Part shown: positions 49,154 through 57,913 of the stretch, one piece after another
Layout: the number at the start of each line of letters is the position of its first letter
How positions within the stretch are numbered: position 1 is the first letter of the stretch
Translations under genes and position numbers: made by a program
The notes under the pieces: generated by a model
The model's input: only the letters and a program-made list of their open reading frames with translations
What the model was told of the DNA's origin: nothing
Database searches by the model: none
Source: a virus
Length of the DNA: 64,000 nt
Direction: 5' to 3' (one strand)
Virus record (IMG/VR): IMGVR_UViG_3300037245_003482
Coordinates: 10,015-74,014 of that record

Positions 49154-50500
49154 ATGGCTAAAATCAACACCTTATTTAGTACCAACAAAACCACAAAGAA
49201 AGTAATGCGCATGGATAGTGCTGATGCACCTTCTTATCGTATTGATACAGTTGACCGTGTTGACTTTATGGGTGGTATTGTTAATATAGGTGAAGAAGTA
49301 GCCTGGTTCAACCACATGGGTGATGAGCGTAAAAAATATGATTACGTTCCCCTTGAAAAAAATGATGAAGGGTTTTTACTTGGGCGTGGTGTTGCAACTA
49401 CAATAGGTGTATTTTCGTATCAGCAAGCAGATGGTTCAATACGTAGGGAATTACGTGCCCCAGAGCATGTGTACAACCCTGAAAGTGTAGCAACCCTTAA
49501 AATGGTACCTATTACCAATGACCACCCCACAGTGGCAGTTACAGCCGAAAATGTGGACCAGTTCAAAGTGGGTAACGTAGGTGAAAACGTTGACGCTGAC
49601 CAAATGCATGGTTTTATATCAACTTCCTTAAGTATACAACAAAAACAGGCAGTACAAGATGTTGAAGGCGGCAAACGTGGCCTTTCTTGTGGTTATACCA
49701 CAGACGTTGTTGAACGCTCAGGTGTTTGGGGCGGTATGGAATTTGATGCAGTACAAACGAATATAAGATACAACCACCTGGCTATTGTGGATGTAGGACG
49801 CGCAGGTGATGACGCAGTTATGAAAATGGATGGGGCTATGGTAATTGTTAAAGTTATTGACCCTGACCCTAATACCAACAATAAACATATAAAAACAAAG
49901 AAAAAAACAAAAAAAGGAGACAGCATGGAAGATGAAATTACTCTGGACGGGATGACTTATAAAGTACCTGCCCATGTGAAAGTTGCATTTGACAAAGCCG
50001 TTTCTAATGCCACTAGTGCTGAAGCTGCAAAGCAGAAAGCAGATACAGCATTGGAGACAGTTACTACCGAAAAAGAAGGGATTCAAGGCAAACTTGATGC
50101 AGCTGAAAAAGAAGTAAAAGAGCTTACAGGAAAACTTGATGCAAGTGTACCTAAAGCAGATATTGCAACTTTTGCCGCAGCAACAAAACGCATTGATGAT
50201 GCAGTTGCTAAATCTAAAGCAGTTGTTGTAGATGGTGCAAGCGATCTTGACAAAAAGAAAGCTGTTATTTTAGCATTGGACAAAGATGCCAAACTTGATG
50301 AAGCTGAAGAAGCCTACATCAATGGGCAATTTGATTACATGTGCAAAAAACTTGATCAGCTTGTAAAAGCAGATGAGACTAATACATTAGTGCTAAAACC
50401 AAGCGCTGCAACACTGAAAGTAAAAGTAGATGGGGAAGACCAGCTTACAGCTGAACAAAAACTTGACGCCAAACTTGCAAAAAAATGGGAGAATAAATAA
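49154..50500 (+). CDS. prohead protease-scaffold (DUF2213)
   Basis: PITNDHP, LSCGY and NHLAIVDVGRAG, with a C-terminal coiled coil. Confidence 0.88.
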   Translation: MAKINTLFSTNKTTKKVMRMDSADAPSYRIDTVDRVDFMGGIVNIGEEVAWFNHMGDERKKYDYVPLEKNDEGFLLGRGVATTIGVFSYQQADGSIRRELRAPEHVYNPESVATLKMVPITNDHPTVAVTAENVDQFKVGNVGENVDADQMHGFISTSLSIQQKQAVQDVEGGKRGLSCGYTTDVVERSGVWGGMEFDAVQTNIRYNHLAIVDVGRAGDDAVMKMDGAMVIVKVIDPDPNTNNKHIKTKKKTKKGDSMEDEITLDGMTYKVPAHVKVAFDKAVSNATSAEAAKQKADTALETVTTEKEGIQGKLDAAEKEVKELTGKLDASVPKADIATFAAATKRIDDAVAKSKAVVVDGASDLDKKKAVILALDKDAKLDEAEEAYINGQFDYMCKKLDQLVKADETNTLVLKPSAATLKVKVDGEDQLTAEQKLDAKLAKKWENK

Positions 50501-51291
50501 TGACTATACCTAATGGAGAATGGGGTTACATGGAAAGAGCACGCGCAGGCATGCCTTTTGGAACAGGCCCCAAAGAGTTTATTAGTCGCAAAGTAATTGG
50601 AACCAGTGCAATCCCATTTGGGCGTGGTGTTTTTGGTTATGAAGGCGATGATCAGTTTGTGGTATTACCCAAAACTGACACAAACACATTAACCCTTGAT
50701 GGCGTACTTGTTACAGCCAATGTGTACACAGTTACTGTGAACGGTACTGATTATGTGGAAACATTTGCAACTGATTCAGCAACCACATTGCTGGCACTTG
50801 TGGCACAGCTTAATGCTGTTGTTGGTATTGTAGCTACTCAATCAAGCCTTATTACTACCATTACCACAAAAGGTGTGGCAATTGTTGTAACTGGTGTTGT
50901 AACCCTTGGTGCAGGCCAGGCAACAGCTACTGCAGGAACCCCCGCCATTTCAGGTGACCTTGTTTATTTGGGTGTAGCTACTACATTACAAAAGCAAACA
51001 CAGGCTCCTTCATTTGCAGACGCAAGTTTTGCACCTGGTGCAACTGAAAATGACCCAGGTGAAACAGTTTCTATTATGACCCTTGGTGGTGTTGTTGTTG
51101 AAACAGATGGTGGTACTATATTGGCACAAACACAGCTGAACGTTTTGGACACTGCTGCTGGGGTTGGTAAATTTACTCCTGCTGCAACTTCTTCAAACAA
51201 CCAATTGGTTGGTGGCCATTATTTGGAAGACCCAGCAGAAACAAACCTCTTTGTTGCCCAACTTGATGGCAGCATAACTGCACTTTCTTAA
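50500..51291 (+). CDS. head decoration protein with an inserted beta-rich module
   Basis: IPFGRGV; position between protease and capsid. Confidence 0.7.
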   Translation: MTIPNGEWGYMERARAGMPFGTGPKEFISRKVIGTSAIPFGRGVFGYEGDDQFVVLPKTDTNTLTLDGVLVTANVYTVTVNGTDYVETFATDSATTLLALVAQLNAVVGIVATQSSLITTITTKGVAIVVTGVVTLGAGQATATAGTPAISGDLVYLGVATTLQKQTQAPSFADASFAPGATENDPGETVSIMTLGGVVVETDGGTILAQTQLNVLDTAAGVGKFTPAATSSNNQLVGGHYLEDPAETNLFVAQLDGSITALS

Positions 51292-51304
51292 GGAGAAATG
51301 AAAA

Positions 51305-52321
51305 ATGAACGTATTAAATCTTGACGCAAAGCCCTTTTTTCTAAGCAAAGGTGCTAATGTTGCAGATGTTGCAGGTTTCGCAGAAGGAACCTTTAAGGCA
51401 GACGCAGCAGGTACCCTTGTACTTGATGCACAGGGGCAGGTGTTTTTCCAGCGCCAATTGGAACTAATTAAAAGTGAAACTTTTGACTTTGAATACCACG
51501 AGTTAAAAGCGGACATAATGATTCCAGTGGACACTGAGGGTGACCTTGGGGTTGAAACAATCACATACCGCAGGTTCAGCAAACGTGGCTATGCAAAAAT
51601 AATTGCCGATTATGCAACTGATATTCCACGGGTTGATATCCTTGGGGAAGAAGTTACTGTAACTGTGAAAACAGTTGCTGCTGCCTATGGGTACAACATT
51701 TTTGAAATTGCACGGGCACAACGCGCAGGTGTGGCACTTACTTCACGTAGGGCACAGACTGCAACTGATGCAATCATGGAGCGCCTTGACCGTGCTGCAT
51801 GGTATGGTTCGCCTACTGATGGCCTCCAGGGCTTCTTTGATTTCCCAGGTATTTTGGAATATATTATTCCAAATGGTACAGGTGGAAATCCTGAATTTTC
51901 AACAAAAACATCTGCTGAACAACTGGAAGACCTTAATGGTAGTACTCGTTTGGTTAAAACAACCACACGGGGCAAGCGTATTGTGAATCAGGTAATAATG
52001 CCCATTGAACAGCATGACATTATTTCAACCAAACAAAATAGTGCAGCTTCTGATATTTCAGTATTGCAGTATTTCCTTAACACACACCCAGGTGTAAGTG
52101 TTGATTGGGTTGAAGAGTGTAAAGGTGCTGGGCCCCTTGGTGAAGACATTATGATGGCTTATGTAAAAAGCCCACGGAACCTGTATCAAAATAGACCTGT
52201 GCCAATGATGACACTTCCACAGGAATATAAAAACATGGAATACATTGTTACGCAAATTGCGCGTACTGGTGGGCTTTCTATGCCTTTTCCACAATCAGCT
52301 GTGAAATCAGTTGGTATTTAA
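51305..52321 (+). CDS. major capsid protein (DUF2184-type HK97 fold)
   Basis: FFQRQLELI, GYAKII, DIPRVD, AAWYG and ARTGG. Confidence 0.88.
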   Translation: MNVLNLDAKPFFLSKGANVADVAGFAEGTFKADAAGTLVLDAQGQVFFQRQLELIKSETFDFEYHELKADIMIPVDTEGDLGVETITYRRFSKRGYAKIIADYATDIPRVDILGEEVTVTVKTVAAAYGYNIFEIARAQRAGVALTSRRAQTATDAIMERLDRAAWYGSPTDGLQGFFDFPGILEYIIPNGTGGNPEFSTKTSAEQLEDLNGSTRLVKTTTRGKRIVNQVIMPIEQHDIISTKQNSAASDISVLQYFLNTHPGVSVDWVEECKGAGPLGEDIMMAYVKSPRNLYQNRPVPMMTLPQEYKNMEYIVTQIARTGGLSMPFPQSAVKSVGI

Positions 52322-52344
52322 CCCCATAAAAGGATGGCATTCAA

Positions 52345-53016
52345 ATGGGACAAAAAGTAATAATTGAAAATAAAAAAGCAGGGCATGGTCTTATAGGCCT
52401 GCCTGCTATTAATGTTAGAGTTGGTACTGCTGGTAAATCAAGGGTGAAAGCTTTTAGTTTATATGCGGGGCACAATGAACTTCCAGTTGAAGTTTGGGAA
52501 GTTGTGCGTACTTTGGCACGTATTCAAAACCTCATTAAAAAAGGGGTGCTTATAGAAGTAAACCTTGATGGAGCACCAAAAGCACCTACTGCGGATGAAA
52601 AAAACAGAATACTCACACTTGATGAGTTTTTTGCTGGAATTGAAGCAGGTGAAAATGGGGTACGACCTGAACATGGGGGGCACTTCCTGGTAACACTGGA
52701 TGAAAAAGTTAAACCCAACCAATTACCTACAGGGGGCATTCGATCCTTTCGCATAAAAGCAAGTTCAGAAGATGCTATTATAGTGGCCTATGGTGAATAT
52801 GTTATTAAAATGGGTGGAAAACCAACTCCAAAAATTAAGGTGAAAACCCTTGAAAGTATGAATTTGGAAGAAGCTACTGAAATAATCAAAGATACATATA
52901 ACCCTAAAAATTTGAAAAATTGGGAAAAAACACTTAAAGGTGCAGACCTTCGAGTGCTTGTTCTTAATCAAATTGAAAGTATCAAGAAATATGAAGGGCC
53001 TAAATCGGAGATTTAA
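52345..53016 (+). CDS. hypothetical virion-module protein
   Basis: ORF between capsid and adaptor. Confidence 0.6.
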   Translation: MGQKVIIENKKAGHGLIGLPAINVRVGTAGKSRVKAFSLYAGHNELPVEVWEVVRTLARIQNLIKKGVLIEVNLDGAPKAPTADEKNRILTLDEFFAGIEAGENGVRPEHGGHFLVTLDEKVKPNQLPTGGIRSFRIKASSEDAIIVAYGEYVIKMGGKPTPKIKVKTLESMNLEEATEIIKDTYNPKNLKNWEKTLKGADLRVLVLNQIESIKKYEGPKSEI

Positions 53017-53019
53017 TAA

Positions 53020-53709
53020 ATGGCGACTACTGCAGCAGAATACCTTAAACTAATAGCACCACAATTTAATGTGCGTGCCAATTGGTTCAGCCTCAGCACA
53101 GCTTTAATTACAGGTAATGTAATTAGTTGTACTGTTAATGGTCAAACTGCAATAGAAACCTATGCTAGTTCTTCAGATGAAACCCTTGATGCACTTGTAT
53201 TAAAAATCACTGCGCTCCCAGTTGTAAGTACTGTGGTGCGTAGTGGTTTGGTTATTACTGTAACCACTGTACGTGATGAAATCTTACTAAGCGCTGCGGT
53301 AACCCTTGGCGCTTCGCAAGCTGTTATTACAATTGGGCCGATTTCACTCGAGCCTCAAGCCAGTTTTTTAACGTTGGCTACATTGCAAACACATACCAAA
53401 TGGTATCAAGTTAAATATGAATATGCTGTGGCATTACGTGCTGCACATCTTTTAACATTAGATGCACAGCAAGCACAACAACTCAATCCAGACGGCACTG
53501 CCAACCCAAGTATTGGCAATGGGTCTATTACGAACCTGAAACAAGGCGACTTGGCCTTGGCCTTTGGTGCTATTTCTGAAAATACACCTGGTGCATCCCG
53601 TGCTGCTGTGAAAGCTGATTTAAGCCGCACTATACATGGAGTAACATTATTGGGCCTTAAATACCCTGCAAATTTTACCATGATGTCAACAGGGAGCATT
53701 GGGCTATGA
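53020..53709 (+). CDS. head-tail adaptor (DUF4054-like) with an inserted module
   Basis: IAPQF...YAVALRAAHLL...LSRTIHG; synteny. Confidence 0.7.
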   Translation: MATTAAEYLKLIAPQFNVRANWFSLSTALITGNVISCTVNGQTAIETYASSSDETLDALVLKITALPVVSTVVRSGLVITVTTVRDEILLSAAVTLGASQAVITIGPISLEPQASFLTLATLQTHTKWYQVKYEYAVALRAAHLLTLDAQQAQQLNPDGTANPSIGNGSITNLKQGDLALAFGAISENTPGASRAAVKADLSRTIHGVTLLGLKYPANFTMMSTGSIGL

Positions 53710-54182
53710 GTGTTAAAATTATTGACAAAGGCTGGAATAATTTTGTAAAAGGGTTGAAACAATCCAAGCCTATCACTGTTACTATTGGGCACCATAGTGA
53801 TTCAGGTAAAACTAAAGATGGGAAAATTGGGCTTGCTGAATTAATGGCAACTTTTGAATTTGGAAGCAAAAAGAATAATTTGCCTGCACGGCCTGTTTAT
53901 GCCACTACTTTTTCTGATAACAAACGTACAATAATGAAAACCATTATTCTTATACAGGCAAGGATGGCATCTGGGCAAATACCTTTGGCAGTGGGTGTAA
54001 GAAGAATAGGGGAATTTTATGTTAGGCTATTAAAGAAACAATTTACTAAACGTAAATTTGCAAAGTTAAGCCCTAATTACAAGAAACGACCTTCGGGCCA
54101 AAAGGTCACATCTGCTTCAATTCCTATGATTGACACATCTGGTTTACGTAATGCCATTGACTATAAAGTAGGCAACTTATGA
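53706..54182 (+). CDS. neck / tail completion protein
   Basis: FEFGS...LPARP...PMIDTSGLRNAIDY. Confidence 0.75.
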   Translation: MSVKIIDKGWNNFVKGLKQSKPITVTIGHHSDSGKTKDGKIGLAELMATFEFGSKKNNLPARPVYATTFSDNKRTIMKTIILIQARMASGQIPLAVGVRRIGEFYVRLLKKQFTKRKFAKLSPNYKKRPSGQKVTSASIPMIDTSGLRNAIDYKVGNL

Positions 54183-54535
54183 GTTTACCTTATGCAACCC
54201 CTGTGCCACGCAGGGACTATGTAATAACCAAGGTTAAATTGGACCTTACTAAAACATGGACACAAAGTACTTTTTCAGGCAATGTACAACCTGCTACAGG
54301 GCGTGACTTGCAGGAGGCACCAGAAGGCAATTGGTCAACAGGTGCTGTTAAGGTTTACAGTAATATAGAACTCAAGGTAAAAAAATCAGGCCAGAGTGGG
54401 ACTTATATTAAGTTTGAAAATGATTGGTACGAATTAGCAGCTAAATTACCTTATGTTTCCGCTGGCCCCTTTATTGCTTTAAAGCATTATAAGTACCTGG
54501 CAGCCCCCCGCACTAATAAAGAGGTGGGCCTATGA
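54179..54535 (+). CDS. head closure protein
   Basis: GNVQP...DLQEAPEG...KVYS...HYKY; synteny. Confidence 0.7.
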   Translation: MSLPYATPVPRRDYVITKVKLDLTKTWTQSTFSGNVQPATGRDLQEAPEGNWSTGAVKVYSNIELKVKKSGQSGTYIKFENDWYELAAKLPYVSAGPFIALKHYKYLAAPRTNKEVGL

Positions 54536-55134
54536 CTACCCTGAATGAAGTAAAAAATATAATGTATGATTGGTGTGAATTAGTGCTTAATTCAGGGGAT
54601 TTTTTGCCTGCAGTAAATGCACCACTGGCACGTAGTTTTTCCAATGAGGGCGTAAATGAAGAACGCCACATTGTTATTGGGTACACACCGGGTACCTGGG
54701 AAAGCCGGGGTTTAAGACCCATTGAATTAGGGGTTGATTCTGACTTTGATTTCGAAAATCCAGCAGTGGCCCCCACATACAGTACAGATACGCATATAAC
54801 ACCAATTGATGCCACTGTAGAAATAAGGGAAGTGAATGGGGACGGTTCATGGCTTGCCATTTTGCAAAAAACAATTTCAATACCTGCAGTTATAGCTTTA
54901 TTTAACAGCCACTCAATGGGGCTTAAAGGTTTCGCAGGGCCAATTCAATCAATACCATATAGACAAGAAGGTTCATACCATGAAGAATCTATTTTAAATG
55001 CTGAATTGTCAGTAATGGATTCAATAACATTTGATCAGGATTTTATAGCAAGTGCCCAGGGTAGTTACTTCGGTACAAATTCAGCAGGGTCTACTATAAT
55101 ATCAGGAACATTTTCAACAGATGATGTAAATTAA
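54532..55134 (+). CDS. tail terminator / neck protein
   Basis: Synteny: immediately before the sheath. Confidence 0.55.
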   Translation: MTTLNEVKNIMYDWCELVLNSGDFLPAVNAPLARSFSNEGVNEERHIVIGYTPGTWESRGLRPIELGVDSDFDFENPAVAPTYSTDTHITPIDATVEIREVNGDGSWLAILQKTISIPAVIALFNSHSMGLKGFAGPIQSIPYRQEGSYHEESILNAELSVMDSITFDQDFIASAQGSYFGTNSAGSTIISGTFSTDDVN

Positions 55135-55146
55135 CAGGAGTACAAA

Positions 55147-56646
55147 ATGGCAGTTATAGACAATATAATTGATTCAAATATAACAGGGGATTTAGCACTA
55201 CCAGCAGCTGCCAATTTTGGTGTAGTTATGTTGGTTAAGCAGTTTGCTCCTTTTGATACCACAAAGCCTTTTATTGACAATGAATCAAGGCACCGTGAAT
55301 ATTTTAATATTGATGAAGTACAGGCAGATGGCTGGGGTTCAACTTCAGATGTATATCGTGCAGCTTTGCGTTTATTTGCACAAGACCCAAACCCTGGTAA
55401 ATTTGTACTAGGGCGCAAAGATTCGGGCGATGCTGATTGGCCTGCTGCACTTGCAGCTGTACATGATGAATATTCAGGCTGGTATGGCATGGATATTGTG
55501 GAAGACGCTGGTTGGGACACAGCAACACGTTTTTCTAATCTGAAAGCCATTGCAGAATGGGTAGAAACAAAAACACGTATTTTTGGCCATGGCACAGCTG
55601 ATGAAGGCTGTATTAATATTACTAGGGCAGCAAGTGCAGGGTATCACATTGGTGGCACAGCAGGCACAGTAGCAGCCTTTGCAGTTATTGCAGATGGTTC
55701 ATTCGGTATTGAAATTGATGGGGCTGCAGTTGCCCAAATAACAGCTCTTGATTTCACTGCAGGGCCAGTTACTAGTTTAGCAGAAATTGCTACAGTTATT
55801 GACACAGCACTTACTGGGGCAACATGTGCAGTAGTTGGTACACGGTTACAAATAACATCTGAAACTTTGGACATAGATTCTGCAATTGAAATTACAGCAG
55901 CAGCAGCAGGCACAGATATTTCAATTGCCACTTTGTTCAATATTGCGGGTGGTACAATTGTACTGGGATATGATGCAGGAACTACTCCAGGCACAGATGA
56001 TTTATTTACTAAATTTGGTGCACTTGGGCTTAGACGCACATTCTTAACCTATAACAAACAGGAACAGGATGGGCAGCATACTGCTGAGGCAGATGTGGAA
56101 TGGATTGCAATTGCCCAAATGGCTGAAGCCTTTCCTTTTGATGCTGCTTCACAGACTTGGGCTTTTAAAGCACTTGCTGGGGTGACTGTTACCAATATTA
56201 CAGAAAGCATTATGGCTTTTGTATTTGACCCTAAAGGTGCTACACCACGCAGTGGTAATGTATACGGACGCCTCAAAGGTAAAAATTACACCTGGAAAGG
56301 CCGCATGGTTGATGGCACCCCTGTTGATGTTGTACGAGGTGAAGATTGGCAGAATGACCTTATACAAACAAAGATTTGGGGGCTGGTAACACGTACAGCT
56401 GATGGGGCACGTAAAGTACCTGCAACAAACCCAGGTATTGCAGAAGCAGAAAACCAATTACGCGCTGCATTAACAGAAGGCAGTGTTTGGTTCCTTGACG
56501 GTGCTACTATAGTAATTGAAGTGCCTGATATTGAGGATATACCTGTAAGTGCCCGTGCAGACAGGGACCTTGATCAAATTAAGTGGAGTGGCCGATTACA
56601 AGGTGCTTTTGAAAGTTTCAAATTTAATGGCGTTGTTTACGTTTAA
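55147..56646 (+). CDS. contractile tail sheath (DUF3383-type)
   Basis: YRAALRLFAQDPNP, TWAFKALAGV, DVVRGEDW and RLQGAF. Confidence 0.88.
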   Translation: MAVIDNIIDSNITGDLALPAAANFGVVMLVKQFAPFDTTKPFIDNESRHREYFNIDEVQADGWGSTSDVYRAALRLFAQDPNPGKFVLGRKDSGDADWPAALAAVHDEYSGWYGMDIVEDAGWDTATRFSNLKAIAEWVETKTRIFGHGTADEGCINITRAASAGYHIGGTAGTVAAFAVIADGSFGIEIDGAAVAQITALDFTAGPVTSLAEIATVIDTALTGATCAVVGTRLQITSETLDIDSAIEITAAAAGTDISIATLFNIAGGTIVLGYDAGTTPGTDDLFTKFGALGLRRTFLTYNKQEQDGQHTAEADVEWIAIAQMAEAFPFDAASQTWAFKALAGVTVTNITESIMAFVFDPKGATPRSGNVYGRLKGKNYTWKGRMVDGTPVDVVRGEDWQNDLIQTKIWGLVTRTADGARKVPATNPGIAEAENQLRAALTEGSVWFLDGATIVIEVPDIEDIPVSARADRDLDQIKWSGRLQGAFESFKFNGVVYV

Positions 56647-56655
56647 GGAGGAATT

Positions 56656-57090
56656 ATGCCTGATCCAGTAGTAAGGACTTATGATTTTAAGAATTATGCA
56701 AATGTTTGGGGGCCAATTCTGTTCACAGGGGAAGCAGAAGAAGGTATTACAATTGTACGCCCTGAAGATATGTTTGGCGCTAAAACAGGGGCCGGGGGTG
56801 ACAGGGAACGTGCAAACTTAGGTAATTTTCATTTAGAAATTACTGTGAACGTACTGAAAACCAACCCCATTAATGACAGGCTTTCAGCTCTTTTCAATGC
56901 AGATGCATTGTTCAACACCAGCAAATTACCTTGGTTTACCAAAGACCTTAAAGGTACCTCGCTTGTATCATGCTTACATGCCTGGTTGCGTAAAGATGCG
57001 GATATGACATTGAACCGTGAAGGTGATATGAATATTTGGATATTTGACACAGGGCCAGCTACTAAGTTCACAGGTGGTACTATAATTTAA
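56656..57090 (+). CDS. tail tube protein
   Basis: 144 aa, follows the sheath. RTYD...GAGG...KDLKG pattern. Confidence 0.8.
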   Translation: MPDPVVRTYDFKNYANVWGPILFTGEAEEGITIVRPEDMFGAKTGAGGDRERANLGNFHLEITVNVLKTNPINDRLSALFNADALFNTSKLPWFTKDLKGTSLVSCLHAWLRKDADMTLNREGDMNIWIFDTGPATKFTGGTII

Positions 57091-57111
57091 TAATCAAACA
57101 AGTAGGGAAAA

Positions 57112-57702
57112 ATGGCATTAGAAGACGATTTCAAAAAAGTAACAAGGGATGGGGTTGATTTCCATCTCGAGTTACTACCCGCCCTTTCGGTTATGCGGAT
57201 TGGCTGGATTTTAACAGGCCCAGCTACAGGATTAACAGAGGGGCCTCTCAATTTATTATACACCATATTTAAAAAAGCACAGTCTAGTGGTATTTTGGCA
57301 GAAGGCAAATTACCAACTATAGAGGAATTGCTCACTTTAGATATAGATTTCAAAGAATCATTAGCTGATATTATTAAGGGGTTTAAGGAATTCACTGCCT
57401 CCCTGTCACCTGATGAATTAGAGGGGTTAATGGTTGCCTTAATGAAAGGCACCAGTGTTTCAAGAGATGAGGAATCACCTTTTTCTATTAAAACAGGGGA
57501 TGATTTTAACAAGGCATTTGCAGGCTGCCTGCCTGAAACCATGTTCATGATGGCCTTTGAAATAATGAGGTTTAACCGTTTCCCTTTTTTGAGACGGGTG
57601 ACAGGCGATTCTGGAGGATGGCTGGAGAAAATAAGCTTATTCATCAAGGGATTAACGAACGACGACGAAGAGCAAGAGAACTCGGGGAACTCGGAGAATT
57701 AA
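57112..57702 (+). CDS. tail assembly chaperone (G)
   Basis: Between tube and tape measure; contains a slippery site. Confidence 0.7.
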   Translation: MALEDDFKKVTRDGVDFHLELLPALSVMRIGWILTGPATGLTEGPLNLLYTIFKKAQSSGILAEGKLPTIEELLTLDIDFKESLADIIKGFKEFTASLSPDELEGLMVALMKGTSVSRDEESPFSIKTGDDFNKAFAGCLPETMFMMAFEIMRFNRFPFLRRVTGDSGGWLEKISLFIKGLTNDDEEQENSGNSEN

Positions 57703-57911
57703 ATGACGAACTTAAAAGTGAATGGGCATTTTGGCGGGTTCATCGTGCAGGCAAAGTCACCCTGTCTGATTACAAAACAATAACCTACCCAGAATTACTT
57801 AAACTCAATGCAATACAAGATATGGAAGATGCTACAAAATTAGCAGACGAGGGCAAAGAATACTTTAAGCATAAAGCAGAACAATTAAAAAATAATGCAT
57901 TAGGAAAATAA
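57588..57911 (+). CDS. tail assembly chaperone -1 frameshift extension (T)
   Basis: C CCT TTT TTG at 57582-57591. The -1 frame is open from 57588 into ORF 57618-57911. Confidence 0.65.
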   Translation, partial: FETGDRRFWRMAGENKLIHQGINERRRRARELGELGELNDELKSEWAFWRVHRAGKVTLSDYKTITYPELLKLNAIQDMEDATKLADEGKEYFKHKAEQLKNNALGK

Positions 57912-57913
57912 GC

